From the human T2T-CHM13v2.0 reference genome, Homo sapiens, in assembly GCF_009914755.1 (NCBI RefSeq), contig NC_060929.1: a DNA stretch of 64,000 nucleotides, one strand, 5' to 3'. A model generated the notes under the pieces. The model was not told where the DNA came from, did not search any database, and saw only the letters and a list, made by a program, of their open reading frames with translations. Positions 30,906 to 48,120 of the stretch are shown in pieces; position 1 is the first letter of the stretch, and each line of letters begins with the position of its first letter. The position numbers and the translations under genes were made by a program.

Positions 30906-32231
30906 ACAATATGAAATAAATATAAAGCAGTCTCCACTTTGGAAAAACAGAAGACTCTTACTGCCTCATAATATAGATGAAAAATGAAATACTAAGATAA
31001 GTAAAATGTTCTTTAAAGAACAAAAACAAAAGAAAACCTAATGAAAGCTATAAAAGTCCATTGGATAATAATGCTACCAGTACTAAGGAAGTACAGCCCC
31101 TAAAAGTGACTTGCAGTCACAAATATAAAAACGACTATTCAAGTGAACTCCTAAGGTAAAAATTTGTTATTCACCATGCTCCAAAATGGTCTGTAACATT
31201 CTTCAGAGATGGCATGGTAAAGTACGATACAAGGGTAATATTAACAGTATGCTGTCACAGGTGCCATTCTCTTAAAAAAGAAATCCCAAAATAAATATAA
31301 ATGGAAAGCAAATAATTAAACACACTAAATACAGATTATTACAAAAATCCATAAGGAATTCTGGTGCAGAAAGAACTTCATAATCAAAATCCCAAATATA
31401 AAATTTATCTATCAAAAGTGAAAATGCTGACATACAGTTTCTTGCAAAAAAAAAAAGTTTAGAAATTTTTTTAACATAAATAAATAAGAACATCTTTTTA
31501 AACAAAATCTTAGGCTGTTGAGTCCCGTTTATTTTCTACACCTCTAATTCCAAAGCTGAGAAACAAACGGATACTTCAGAAAAAAAAAAAAATAACTCAT
31601 GACAATTTGTCTTTTGGACACAGAATATAAAGGAAAAATAAAATTTATGTCTAACTGGCCAGACCTCAATTGAATTTTTCATCCTAGCTGGTTCCTAAAT
31701 CCAAATCAGATACTTATCAATAAAACTGTTTTTCTGCACAGCTACTACTAGCTAGAAACTGCTTCTCCAAATTTATACTGACCATTTCTTCTAAAATGTT
31801 GAAATTCTAGCTCATAGTTTTTAAAAAACCATTCTTAATGTACTGATTCCAGAGTACTAATTCCAATGGCCAAGAAAATTCAAAAAGATTTGGAGTGGTC
31901 TCTGAGATTAGAATGTGTGACAATGTGAAGCATTTCACTACAACGTCCAAGATTAAAGTGTCAAAGCAGATGAGGAAATGAAGCTCCCAAAACAGATGCC
32001 CATGAGAAAGGAGCCCAGAAAAGCAAAAGGGGCCACAGCCCAGGACCTTACAATAAAGAAAAGTGGCTCTGGCCCCATGGTAGCCTTCCTGAAACACTGG
32101 GAAAGAATGAAGTCCTTAGCAAAATTCTGACCAGGATCGCAAATTTAAATGTAAGCTTGTAAGGAAAACACCTATGGACTTGGGTTTAAATTTGTCCATC
32201 TAAGATATAAAATTACAAGTTTGACCAAATG

Positions 32232-32850
32232 TGCCAGTTGTCCACTTATTTTCTCTCAGCTCTGAATTCATCCTTTCCTGTCTGCTCTGCAGAAATGAAC
32301 TTGGACCCTTTAAACATTTTTCCTTTGCTAGTTGGCATGATGTTAGATCGACATTGTAAGAGGAGATTTTCCTCTTCTTTCCAAGAGTCTTGTGTGCTCC
32401 TCTTGGCAGGCTTCTGTACTGCAACACAGCTTCTCCAGTGTCCAGATCCAGAACCCGTGCAGTTTGCTCCATTGTCAGGCTCCTGAAGTGCACAGCAGTC
32501 AGCAGCACCCAGTATCTTCCACCAGTACCTCCACAAGGCAGTATTATAGCAGAGTGATTCGGATGAGACATATTTCTACCACAGCAACTTCTCTTCATTC
32601 AGTGAGCCACAGCCATGCCCCCTCAAACAGGGTCTGGATCTTAATCCCAGAGGCCCTGGATGTTCTATCTTAACCCCAGGGGTTGATGCTCCTTTTATCT
32701 GTTATTCTTATATTCCTTAGAGTTCTCTTTACTTTTTACTAGCCAATCCTCATTGCTCCAAAACCCTGTTATAGCTAGCAGTTCTTCGTATTAATCTTTC
32801 CTTGTTCAAATTACATGTGATTTCTCTATTCTAATCAAACACTGACTGAT
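32232..32850. mobile_element. LTR33-like ERVL LTR
   Basis: Recalled similarity (GGACCCTTTAAACATTTTTCCTTTGCTAGTTGGCATGATGTTA; TGATTTCTCTATTCTAATCAAACACTGACTGATA). Confidence 0.5.
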
Positions 32851-33849
32851 AGATCAAATTTCAGGCAATTAATCAAATTGAGAAAATTATAGGGCATTAT
32901 GTCTAATTTGTTATTTTATATATTAGCAAACACATAAGATCTGATAATCAGAAAGTTCAGAGCGCTAAACCAAAGTCTCTAAAGAATGGAAGGAATCAGT
33001 TCACAGGATATATGCTTGTTAATGCTACTCCCATTTGGGGGAAGTATAATTTTCTCCAGTAACCATGAAAAATAAGAGATCACTTTGTTTCTTCTGATGA
33101 TTTATTTTTATTTTAAAAGGGAAATGAAAATCTGAAAAATATAAAAGTTTAAGAAGACAAAGTAGAAACAGTCAATGGCTCCATTTCTCTGGCAAACTAA
33201 TCAACCAAACTGTTCTATCTACATTTGACGGGAAACCCAAAATTTCAGTGATCCCACACTAATGTTCACATTGTTTTTCTGCTATATAGGAACACTTTTA
33301 ACATGTTCCCTCTGTCTCACTGTTTGTCATGTACTCTCTGTAGACTACTTTGCCAACATTAAAATGAAATGTTCAGCATCAAGCTCATCATTCCTGTCTC
33401 ACTTCACTCCGAAATCTGCTAGCCACAGAGTTAAAAGGACAGGATTAAGAGTCATTAGACACAGTATTAAGGAGAATTAAAGGGCCTGTTCAAGAGGCAT
33501 AACATCTGCTCCTCAAATTCCTGCCTAAACAACGAAGATTCCGATCAAAGAGAAGAGAGGGAAAGCCAATCTAACCAGTAAACCGGAGTCATGAGGAAGT
33601 GAATGCTCTCTCAGGGAGTAACTCTGACACCAGAGGAAGGCTTAGTGACATTGCACAATTGTTTCTGTGAAGTCATTCATGGGGCAAGTGGGAGTATATG
33701 AGTAGAAGTGGAAGGGAGTGGGAAGGTGAAGATTGAGGATCCTTTTAAGTAGTTTTTGCTCAGCTAGCAAAACAAGCTGGGACATGCAAGACAGATAAAC
33801 ACAGCTGTTTGGGGCTGTCACTTGGGGCTCAGGAGCCAAGGTGTCCTGC

Positions 33850-34490
<641 letters not shown>

Positions 34491-34649
34491 TATTACTACT
34501 TTATTTCCAATGCTAAGATTATTTGAGGGGTATAAAATCTTGGTAGCCAAGTGCAATGTTATTTCAAATACACTACAAGTTAGTATGTGTTTAGTACATG
34601 TCTTAATTATTGCTAACCAAAATACTCAAGACTTACAAATTAAGGACTT

Positions 34650-34950
34650 GGGCCGGGCGCGGTGGCTCACGCCTGTAATCCTAACACTTTGGGAGGCCGA
34701 GGCGGGCGGATCACGAGGTCAGGCGATCGAGACCATTCTGGCTAACACGGTGAAACCCCGTCTCTACTGAAAATACAAAAAATTAGCCAGGCATCATGGC
34801 AGGCGCCTGTAGTCCCAGCTACTCAGGAGGCTGAGCCAGGAGAATGGCATGAATCTGGGAGGCGGAGCTTGCAGTGAGCCAAGATTACACCACCGCACTA
34901 CAGCCTGGGTGAATGAACGAGACTCCATCTCAAAAAATTAATTAATTAAT
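34650..34950 (+). mobile_element. AluY
   Basis: GAGACCAT.CTGGCTAACACGGTG; TSD AATTAAGGACTTG. Confidence 0.9.
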
Positions 34951-35465
34951 TAAGGACTTGTAAATGTCACCCAAAAATGTAAAAATATATTTTGTCAATA
35001 TAAGGTTGATTCTGCAGAGGGTGCAAAAAAAGAATAGAAATAAGGAATCCTTAAGAATTTGGAAATAGGAAATATAGAAGGCGTCTAAGGAAAAAGAGCT
35101 GAGGACTTCATCAGACTTCCCTACTCCAAATGCCAAAAGAAATAACCTAGAAAAATATAAAATCAGGATAAATGAAAGTACTACTGAAAACTGGAAATTA
35201 TCCAGAAATTTCTAGTAGGAAAAGATCAGAATGATTAGGAAAGCACCTCCCAGAAAGAGTGCAACAGCCTCATATGAAACTACCCAGAAACCATGAAGTC
35301 CATGGGCGGTTCGTTCTCAAAGCAGCAAGGATGCCCTTATGGAAGCAGTTGTCACAAAAATTAGGCAGCAGGCACAAAAAACAATGTGGAAGAGATAATA
35401 TAGGGTTAATAAAACAAAGACATATAGTCAAAAACCTACTATCTTTCCTAAAACTACAGCATACG

Positions 35466-35775
<310 letters not shown>

Positions 35776-35949
35776 CTATAGCATCCATCACATAGAGGAG
35801 AGACTCCCCAACACACATATAAGGATTACTCTCAGCCCCAGCTCCCTCAAACTTCCTAAGATCAGCACTGGTATCTGATGGTGGCTCCTTGTAAATCAAA
35901 CTTAATGGAGTATGTGTTATTTGGTTTATGTTTATGTGCAGCCTGCATA

Positions 35950-36470
35950 ACAACCACTCTGTCAACATCATGCATATGTTCATTGTGTTGGTACTAGAAG
36001 ACTCTATGACACACACAAGCTGATGTCATCTGATGGGTCTATTTTATCTACTTGGCTGTGCAAATCCTCTTCTGTAGTATATGCTTTCTGGTGGACACTA
36101 ATATGGAACACAAAGATCTTCTCACATTGCAGCTGCTCCCATATATCCATTGATATATGCCTCTAACTCCAGACCTTTTTGTCCTTAATCTTCTAATCCG
36201 GTTATCTCTTTTCCTTTAGTGCAATTTTTCCTTATTTGTTTGTTTTGTTTTTTTTTTTAAGTAAATAGCTAGGCTTCTAAGCCCTACCACAGAGAGTCAA
36301 CAGACAAACTGCCCAGGGAAAAGTTATGACCTCAGGCAAAGTGAATTTCTACAGCTAAGGCAGATCCTGAAGAAGCTCACAAATAAAGGCTGCATACTCA
36401 CACATTCCCTGAAGCTTGACAGTAAGTTATTCTTTGAAGGGACATGCAAAATGTGTCTCTATATCTACAA
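35950..36470 (-). mobile_element. Ancient ERVL/MLT2-type internal (RNase H region) and LTR fragments
   Basis: Minus strand reads KIKDKKVW...KIFVFHISVHQKAYTTEEDLHSQVDK, similar to recalled ERVL pol KIFVSHVNAHQR..AEE..NNQVD. Confidence 0.55.
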
Positions 36471-37143
36471 AAAATATATAATGTGATGACTGTTTCCCTA
36501 GAGGGAAACAAGGCATTTGTAGAGATTTTAAAAAGAGGCCCCCATAGATATCCCATGATCAAAATACTTAGTGGGAATCACACATTATCCAGATGCAATA
36601 ATTAATAGATTTTTATTTTCTATCTTCATGAAAAAATTCAAAATTTTCCTCCTTTCTCTATCCATTCCAAGTTCACGAAGGAGGGATTCTAGTTATTTGG
36701 CTGTGTATAGAGCAAAGAATAGTCAAAAACTTCACAGGAAAAAAAAAAAGGGCTGAGCAGATATTGAGAGTCAAACGAAAGAACAGAAGCTAAGTAACTG
36801 TCTGGGATGTAGAAGGGATATCGTAAGATATCAAGGCAGTGGTGAAAGTGTACATGTGAAGGCCTAAGAATGAGAATGTGATGATTAGGACAGCAGCCTG
36901 CTTATGATACAAAGACAGACTGCTTATTAGGAGCAGCATATGAGAGGCAGGAAATGGATGGAGATAAGGTTGGAAAAATATTAGGGAACATATTCAAAAC
37001 TTGTAAACCACGCTGTGGAATGTGAAATTTATGCCAGGGGTGCGAGGACATGGAAATATTAAAGTAGAGTAGTGGTGATATGCTCATATTGTACTTGCAC
37101 TACAGAAATATCATTGGAACAGCTGTTTGAAAATAGAGTCAAA

Positions 37144-37468
37144 GGCCGGGCGTGGTGGCTCACGACTGTAATCCCAGCACTTTGGGAGGCTGAGGCGGGC
37201 GGATCACGAGGTCAGGAGATGGGAGACCATCCTGGCTAACACGGTGAAACCCCATCTCTACTAAAAATACAAAAAAAAAATTAGCCGGGCGTGGCGGTGT
37301 GTGCCTGTAGTCCCAGCTGCTGCGGAGGCTGAGGCAGGAGAATGGCGTGAACCCGGGAGGCGGAGCTTGCAGTGAGCCAAGATGGCACTCCAGTGCACTC
37401 CAGCCTGGGTGACAGAGCAAGACTCCGTCTCAAAAAAAACAAAAAAAACAAAACAAAACAAAAAAGCA
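37144..37468 (+). mobile_element. AluY
   Basis: Full length; 15 bp TSD GAAAATAGAGTCAAA (37129-37143 and 37469-37483). Confidence 0.93.
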
Positions 37469-38269
37469 GAAAATAGAGTCAAAGAGCTCCTCTGCTGTCT
37501 TCAAATATCGACAATTTCACAGGATCCTTCTCCCATAATAAGATCTCCTGTATTTCTGAAAGATAAGTCACTGACATTTCTGAAATGTCCAGTTACCTAT
37601 GCTTCCAAAACTGCTATAATAGAAAATGACATTAAAAATTTTTTGATGAAGCCAGCATGCAAAGAAAAATTACTATTACAGCCAAGAAGGTTTTATACTG
37701 GAGTCATTCCATCCGTGTCCAAAATCAGATTTGATGGCCAAGACCAATTAAAATTTACGATGATATCAATTACATATGCAGATTCTGATTCTGTCTATAT
37801 AGCAGTAAGTGGGCAGGAACAAAAGTGGGTCAAATTCCAAAACTCTGGACAAATATAATGGAGTATTTTACAAATAATGATACAAAATTGACCAAAAGTC
37901 ATGACCAAACTAAAGATTGTAATAATACTTTGGCAGATTAAAATTTTTAACAAGATAAAGTTTTAACATATAATAATCACACTACAAAGCATAAAAAAAG
38001 CTTGTGTCTACTTTCATTATGAATATTGTTGTTCCCAAAGTATAGACCTTCTATTTTATGTTAGGATAAGCTATAACACATGGATTTCTTTTATACTGGG
38101 AGCCATTATTCCATCACCCCAAAACTCCCATCAGATTATCTTAGAAAGAAATTTAAAGACTTCAACAAAGACCACACTGTAGTTCAGAAGGGAAGGCCTA
38201 GTGTTTATAAGAATAGATAGAAAAGAACATTGGGAAAGGAGACAGGTCATGGGATGTAGAATTAAAAAA

Positions 38270-38542
38270 CAAAAGGGTTACAGAGAAATTGGTTAAAGGC
38301 ATACAAATAAAATTGTATAGATGGAATAAAGGGAAATTACGGTTAGTAATAACTTATTGTATATTTTTAAATAGCTGGAAGAAAATAATTATAATGGTCC
38401 CAATAGAAAGAAAAGATCGATATTTGAGGTGACTGATATCCTACTTACCTTGATTTTATCATTACACATTGTATATAGGTATCAAAATATCACATATCCC
38501 CCCAAAATGTGTACAGCTATGTCAATAAAAATCTAAAAAAAG
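38270..38542 (+). mobile_element. L1MA-type 3' end
   Basis: TTACCTTGATTTTATCATTACACATTGTAT...ATCAAAATATCACAT...TCAATAAAAA. Confidence 0.7.
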
Positions 38543-38787
38543 GCAATAAGCATGGAGAATATATGAAGTAAAATAAATATTTGAATATACAGATTTCCAT
38601 CAGGTGCAAGCAAAAGCAATAATCTCTGTTTGCATAATTATTGCAATGGAGAGAGTTGTTTGTATTTATTTAATAAGAAGTATGATGTCTTCAGAATATT
38701 TATAAAAGAATAGCAGAGATTAGAAAACATTCAATGTAGGAACATCCATATGGGGAAAATGAAAAATTCATCCTGCCATACATGGCG

Positions 38788-38894
38788 ATCTATATGGAAA
38801 AATACAACTAGTAAATGTTCATGTATCTGAGACTGTTTTGTATCTATATGGAAAAATACAACTAGTAAATGTTCATGTATCTGAGACTGTTTTG
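38788..38894 (+). repeat. 54 bp-period tandem duplication
   Basis: A 53 nt identical copy at 38788-38840 and 38842-38894. Confidence 0.95.
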
Positions 38895-39889
38895 AGGTAT
38901 GGTCTCATTTTCTATTCCACGATGTATTAACTTTTCCCATCCAATTAGAAATTTTCCTCTTCAGTCAATATTTAATTTTCATTGTCTCATATTTTCCAAA
39001 GTATAGGGGTTTCCTGTCCCCTCTTCATGTAGAATTGAAGGTCTGCGATTATTTCCAGCTAAGGAAGCAAAATGCATAAATCTGGAGAGTCTCTGATCAG
39101 TAGCAGGAGCACACATTCCACTAAGGACCAAAGAGCACATTCTTTCAACTGTTTTGTCATTCCTGTCTTATTTATGTGAGTTAAGGAATAAAAAATCAAA
39201 TTATCAGATCATCTCTGTAATTTTCCAAAGAGCTAAAAATAAGACCATCAGAAAATTATTTCCCTTTACTGGCTGATTTCTAGCTCTCTGTTTCATATAA
39301 CTTGTGTGTGAAAAGCACTTTTGTAACTCTGACCAGTTTTCATTACATCATTGTCTCTCAGATTGCCTCTTTAAGGGATTCTATAGCTTAAGCTGTTTTA
39401 AAAAATAGATTTAAGTAAGGGTTAAGGCACCTTTTAGTGTGACAGAAATTCACACCATGTTTGGCATGGTACAGATTTATATAGATTCACTCTCTTAGTC
39501 ATTCCATTTCCTCCAGTATGGATCCTCGATATGAACAACTAAAGAGTACAACAGCTAATCTTAGTGAATAACCAAGCTAGACTGTCCAAACAACCTGTGG
39601 TCATTAATCATTTCTGTGAAATGGAATGCTTTTATTTAACATGCCCAGGTTCTAATTTATATTTCATGAATTAATTTATGTTGAATATGTTTATATTTCA
39701 AATTTTATTTATATTTAAGTACAGTACCATGCCAAGAAAACTGAAATTCAGTATGCGTGTGTGTGTGTATATATATGTATATGTTTATGCATATTTCCAC
39801 AATTTCCTACATGAAGTCAAATTCTTGTAACAATGTTGACTCATAGATGTTTTTCTTTCATTCTATAAAAATTATGAAAAATTTTATGC

Positions 39890-40110
39890 AGCACAGTCCA
39901 ATAGATTTGTTGCAATGATGGCTGCGCTTTATATCTATGCCTTCCAAAGTGGCAGCCACTAGCCACACATGGCTATTGTGCACCAGAGATGTGGCTGGTG
40001 CAACTGAGGAAATTAATTTTAATTTAATGTAAGTTTAAATAATACTCTGCATTTAAATTTAAGTAACATCTTTGTGTATCTAATGGCTACCACATTAAAC
40101 AGAACAGATC
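39890..40110. mobile_element. MER3-like hAT MITE
   Basis: GTCCAATAGA...GCAGCCACTAGCCACACATGGCTATTG...ATGGCTACCACATTA. Confidence 0.7.
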
Positions 40111-41269
40111 TATGGCAGTTAGAAACAGTTACTGTGTTCTCATTTTCACAATAATGGGAGAAAACAATTAAGTAGAATTCTTAAGCACAATTCAAAAGTC
40201 ATAATATTAGATGTAATGTGACTAAAGGAACATTGAAGATGCTCTAACTCACCTTAGAAGAAATGGAGAAACATAAAGGAAAGTTTCTAAAGGAAAGAAA
40301 AACAAGTTGTCTTGAAGTAGGACTAGGAGTTAGAGCCAAGTTGATTCTTTGTTCACTTGCAGAAAAAAAAAAAACAATAACCAATTAAAATCATCTTGAC
40401 CATGCCTACTTTCAAAAATAGATTGTTCTGTTTACTGTGATTGGTGCTTGTGGGATTTCTTCCAGTGTTAACTTAAGCATTAAAAAAGGAATCATCAGAA
40501 AAATCCCATAAACTTAAGAGTATCCTCCAAAATACCAAATCAGGTCTCCATTGGATCCCAGAAAAAACTTGTAAATATTTTAGAGCTTGGTAATCCATAT
40601 TTTCCATATGCCATTTAATATCTCACTCTAAGCAATATGTAATTATCTATTTTTTTATTTCCAGAGGAAGAAAATCATTAATTTATTTATTTTTCCTACC
40701 TATGTACTTTTAAACCTAACTCACCATTCATAGTAGCACTAGGAGGCAGTATTAGGGAGCTAATACTAAGTCCTGCTTATGACAATAAATTTAAATTCCC
40801 TTACTTTCCTGTTCCCCTTGTTCTCACTTCCTGTTGTGTTTCAGTTGAACTTAACCTCCAAATTGTATTGTTTTGCTCAATTTGTGGTCCTCTTGTCATC
40901 CTCCACCAATGGACTTTTACATTGGATGCCTCTAACTTCAGCTGCAGTTCAGTACTGAGCTCTTAATCACTCTCTTGCTCCTCCTGCTCCTGACTACTTT
41001 GGGCCACTGTAATTCTTCTCTCGTTGCACTCTAAAAGTAAGACTTCTGTGCCCATTGACTTGACTGATACTCCAAATGGACTTATCATAGTTAAGTAATT
41101 TTATAACTTCTATAGATATCTTGTACTCAAAGATACCATTTAGAGCATTATCTACATTTCTGATTTCTTTAAAGAATTTGATTTTAAATTAGAAGTATAC
41201 AAAGGGCAGTAAGGGATACTGTCTAAGCATTCATCTTTCTGGTCTTTGGATATACCAGATGTGAGAATT

Positions 41270-42185
41270 AAAGAAAATCACAAATTCATTGATACTCCTC
41301 CCATCAAGTGGGTGGGCTCTGTGACAGCTCTAATGAAATGTATTGGAGGGTTTCTTTCTTTTGTGTGTGTGTGTGTCTGTGTGTGTGTGTGTGCGTGTGT
41401 ATGCATCTGTTTCTGCCTCCAGACCTTTAGAGACTGGCAGCTTCCACTTCATGTTTATTGGAACACTCACTCTTGGAAATCAGCCATCATGCTGTTAGAA
41501 AGCCAAAGCTGCCTCATGGAGAGGACTAGCCTGGCTGAGCAGCCAACATCGACTTTGTTTTCCATGAGAGGAGCCTCCTCAACACCTAAACCTGATTTAC
41601 ATTATGAATCCTGATCTTGAAACTAATTCTATATTGAACTGAAATTTCTGGGGTCTTGAAATGGGGTGAGTGTATTTTTCATGTGAGAATATTGTAAAGA
41701 GTTTTTGGCCAGAGGTTTACTGTGACAGGTCAAAAATGATCATATATTCCTTACATTTCTCTCACTGAAAGTTGGAGTCCATACCCACTTTCCTTGAATC
41801 TGTGGACTCTATAGCTACTTGCGTATAGTATAAGTGACAGATTACGAGACTGAAAACTTTCAATTCCTCTCTCTTGAAATACTCACTCTTAGGTGCCAGC
41901 CACCATACTGTGAGGGAGCTGAAGTAAGCCCACATGAGGAAGAATTGAGGTCCCAAGCCAACAGCTGCAGCTAAGATCCAAGCTCTCAACCAGTACCAGT
42001 TCATCCGTTATGTGAGTAGCTGCTCCAGCCATGGTTGAGTCACCACAACTGATAGCACATACAGCAAAGACTTGCACACCATAGAGTCCATCCTAGATTC
42101 TTCATCCACAAAGTCAGGAGCAATATAAAATTTCTATTTCAAGCCAATATGTTTTGGCATTATTAACCAGAAATAGATAATTCAA
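41270..42185. mobile_element. MLT1-family LTR relics with an embedded (GT)n
   Basis: TTGATACTCCTCCCATCAAG, GACTGGCAGCTTCCACTTC and GAATTGAGGTCCCAAGCCAACAGC motifs; (TG)n at ~41362-41400. Confidence 0.55.
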
Positions 42186-42904
42186 ATCCTAGAGTATTTT
42201 CACAGTAGAATGTTTCTGCTCTACGTGGAATTATCGTCACACAAATCTTTTCAGAGCTAGTTTCGTTCAGTACTTAGTACTCACTTAAATGAAATATCAT
42301 AAGAACGTATACTCAGTCTTAGGTATCTTTATACTCTCAAGTCAATCACATTATCTTTTTTGTATTTGTTTTGTTAAGTGTTTATCTGTAAATACCTACT
42401 CCTGCCATAATTAGAACACAAGTTCCATAAATTAAAGGAATTTGTTTGACTTGTTATTTGCTATATCACTTTCACTTAAAGTAATACCTCAATATACATG
42501 CACTTATTGTATATTTATTGAATAAATAAATTACTAATTCTGTTCTACTAACTTTACTATAAAAGAGGATCTGATTATGTGGTAATAGAGACAGAGAATA
42601 TTAGAAGCTTATCGGTCCATCTTCTGTATTACCAAATCCTTTCTCTATTTCTCAAATATTGAGTTATCAATTAAGAAACTAGATTATAAATGACTCAAAT
42701 CTTCGTAACTGACCAATGATAATGATATCTTACACCTACAACCCAAATATCCAGATAGTTGTAATGTTGGCTGGTTGATCACAAACCAATGTAATTTGAT
42801 TTGACCTGGATAAATGTGTTACGATAAATTAGAAAAATCAACATCAAAATCTGCTGTTCAATCACACAACCAAAAAAAATCCAATCTGTGGCTGCAGTTA
42901 GAGT

Positions 42905-43183
42905 ATTTTTCATGGATTGCAGTGGCACCATCATGGCTGACTGCAACCTTGGCATCCCAGGCTCAAGAGACTCTCCCAACTCAGCCTACCAAGTACTTAC
43001 AAACTACAGATGTGTGCCACCATGCCTGGATAATTGTTTTTTGTTTGTTTTGCTTTGTTTTTATGTAGAGATAAGGTCTCACTATGTTGCCCAGGCTGGT
43101 CTTGAACTCCTGAGCTCAAATGATCCTCTTGCTTCAGCCTCCCAAAATGCTAGGATAACAGGCATGAGTGACCATGCTGGGCC
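42905..43183 (-). mobile_element. AluJ
   Basis: Diverged Alu, GGTCTCACTATGTTGCCCAGGCTGGTCTTGAACTCCTGAGCTCAA. Confidence 0.85.
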
Positions 43184-45021
43184 TGCCTCTCTGATCTCAC
43201 ATATTTTGAGTTAGATGATAGTTTTATACACACATGTGCACATACACACACATGCACACACATTCTCAAAAACACAAATGCTTTACTCCACTTCTTTTTA
43301 CCTAATTCAGAGCACTCTTGCTGTCACCACATTTGTGCAGAAGCACCTATAACTGTGTGTTATCCTTTTGCAATGTGTGGATTTAGTTATTGGAAAATAA
43401 AAGATCATAGTTTTTTTTTAAATCTAACTTTTAGAGAGAAAATGTCATGCCTGTGGGATCTAGAAGACATACTCCTTTGTTTTTAGTTCTGCTAGTACCC
43501 TATGTGCCTTTACCAAAACCTTACTGAATGGATTTCAGAAAGTCTTTAATTGTCATCTCCTTCCCCTTTGTATTCTACAAAGTTCCCAACAATATCAATG
43601 AATAAGAAGGAAGTCTTAAGGCTCCAGGAATCCCCTCAGGGAGACTAGCTTTCAGAATTTTAGGTAAGTGGCTGACTGGACAGATGTGTAAGGTAGCATT
43701 ATATTTTCCTAATAAGTGTATAATGTAGCACATTTATACTGCCCAAGAGAATGGCTAAATGTGCTTAACTAACATTACCTGTGGCTCAGTTGAAGCAATC
43801 TAGTTTTCTCTCCTAAAATACAGATCTTTTTATTTATTTATTTTTGCCAGGGGGGATAGTTCCTCAAGAAAATTCCCATTAAAATTTGCATTGTAAAAGT
43901 ACAACTGAGTCAGCTGTTATACCCTTGATTGTAGAAATATAAAAGGCAAAGTCTTTGTTATCAACATATTAGAGCAATCATTATAAAACTGTTAAATCAT
44001 GAGGAAAATTGACCCTGACAATTAGATCTTGAAAGAGAATTATTCCTTACATGCTTCTCATGAATTTAAAATTTCCTAAGTACTATTTTCCAAATGGTTC
44101 AGTTTTCCAGTATCTGTTAAAACACTTATTAAAACTTATTTAGAGTTTGCTTGTTTGAAATTTCCTGTTATCTATGAGGTTTTTTTTTTTCTTTTGCATT
44201 GACATAAAAATGTCCTATGTCAAATTTCAGGGGAACCACACATTATTATCTCCCAGGGCCCTTGAGAGAACGAAAGCAATCACACTAGTATTCCCCCAGT
44301 TTCCACTCTCAGATGCTTTTGAATCCTGTCATCCAAATCATCCTGGTGCTAATACATTCCCAAGCACTGAGGACTCAAAGGAGCATGATGCTTCAATGTG
44401 TTTATAGAATACATTTCATACAGACAGGCACGAAAGGAACAGTTTGCATAATCATCTGCCAAAAAGAATCCATCTGTCAGAGAACAGTGGAAGCTGATAT
44501 CAAACAAGTTCACATTAAAAAACAAAATCTCAATTCCCATTCTATGCACTTCATTTCCTTGAGCCTAATTATCAATATGCATATAAATGGGGAAAAATAC
44601 TTCCTGGTTACACTTCACAATTCTAATCCTGGCAAGAAACAACAATAACTGCTTTACCATCATTTTGCAGGGGGCTGTACCACACAGCTGAGAATATCGG
44701 GGCTGAAAATGTCAGGCCAATTGCTATTGTAGCCAATGTGAAGTTTTACTGCTCATGACAAAAGGGGTGTGTGAACAACAAAAATATTGTCTCATCTCCT
44801 TAGTGCTAACTAATCCTGGCTGACCCCAAAGAAGAAACACAGCCCAGTTTCCCCGAAAAGCCTTCATTTAGTAGTTGCTTTCTGATAAAGTTTTAAAATT
44901 TCTGCTCAGTTAACCATGGAAGAAACACTGGTCTTCAGAGAGGAAAAAAAAAAATGAAAAGATAAATTTTAGAGACTAAAATAAAATCCAAATGTTCAGT
45001 AAAAATGCAAAAGCAAATTGA

Positions 45022-46690
<1,669 letters not shown>

Positions 46691-47954
46691 ATATTGCACT
46701 GTCTCAATTTTAATATGATTTAATTACATGTAGCTTAAAAATATGAGAACTTACACAAGGAGAGGTAAATCTCTACTTTCTGAAATATGAGTTGAAAAAT
46801 CATTGTGCTAAAATTATTTGAAAAAGTCAATATTTGGAAAATATTTAATTGCCAAAGCATAAATTTCTATGCTTTATGGCAGGCAATGTTCTAAGATTAG
46901 GGTTCTAGCAGTAAACAAAACTGAGAACACTTGTTTTCATGGGGCTTGTATTTTAGTGAGTAGATGTTTTTAGTAATACGATATTGGAAGTAGTTTGTTT
47001 TAATGAAAATAGTATATTTTTGAGTGTTTTTGCATATTTCCTATAAGACACTGTATGTACTTCCTTTCTCTTCCCAAAAAGAAGAAAATGCTCTTCTTTT
47101 TCATTAAAAAAATAAAATACCTGAGTCTTCAGCAACCTTCTAAATATTTCTCTAGATTTGAAGGTGGAATCTCTTGATGAAAACTGGTAGAAAGGTTTAA
47201 ATTTCTAACTGCAGTTTACAAATTCTTGTGATCATAGATCATATTATTTTATCTTTTAGATATATTATTTCTGTTGAAATAACTCAGTTTATAATGTTAT
47301 ATTTCATTTAGTATTCATGCATTTTTTAGATTATAAAATGTTTATAAAACAGAGATTTAGGTTAGTGCAAATCATAAAAACTAGATTTGAGGGCAAACAG
47401 AGAAACAGAATTGAAGGCAAAATTTTAAGAATTCGTTAAATATGTGTCAATAAGTAGGTACATAATTTTATGCCTTTAGTTTTCCTGATTGACTAAAATT
47501 TTTCCATGACCTTCTTTGAAATTTCAATTTGAAAAATCACTGAAAGAAAAAGGAAAAGATTTCTGTGCATTTAATAAGAACCCCAATGAAAACAATTCAT
47601 TTATATTTATGTAATGCTTTTCAATATTTCAATTATTTTGCATACACTTTTTGTTAGGAGGACAGTCTAATGAAACAGGTTTACTTCATTAAGATTCCAA
47701 TCTGTAGTTGAGATAACTAAGACTCCAATAGCTTCAATGATAAGTAATCTAACAATGAATTATTTGTGAGTTTCTCACCAAAATCTCAAGAGTTATTTTT
47801 GCTTTATTCATTGTATTGTCTTCATTAAAATGAACTTTGTCTATTATAAAAATTTTTAAAAATAAGAACTTGTCACACATTTCTATGCATGCTTATAGAT
47901 ACTTAAATAGGAAAAATACATTCTTCTCACTTTAGTCCATCTGTCATCCACTAA

Positions 47955-48120
47955 GGCATTGCTCCTCAGACGTTAATGTACATACCAATTATTTGGGGAG
48001 CTTGGTAAAAATGGAGATTCTGAACAATAATTCTGGGATGTGCCAGACATATGACTCTCTAACACGTTCCCAGGTGATGTCAATGCTGCTAGTACAGAAG
48101 TCACACTTTGAAAAGCAAGG
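47955..48120. mobile_element. MER5A-like fragment
   Basis: GGGGAGCTTGGTAAAAATGGAGATTC...TTCCCAGGTGATGTCAATGCTGCT...CACACTTTGA. Confidence 0.55.

Noticed and set aside
37382-37858. 158 aa ORF with ~125 non-Alu residues
   Set aside because: Starts inside an Alu and has no recognisable homology or splice context; compatible with chance.
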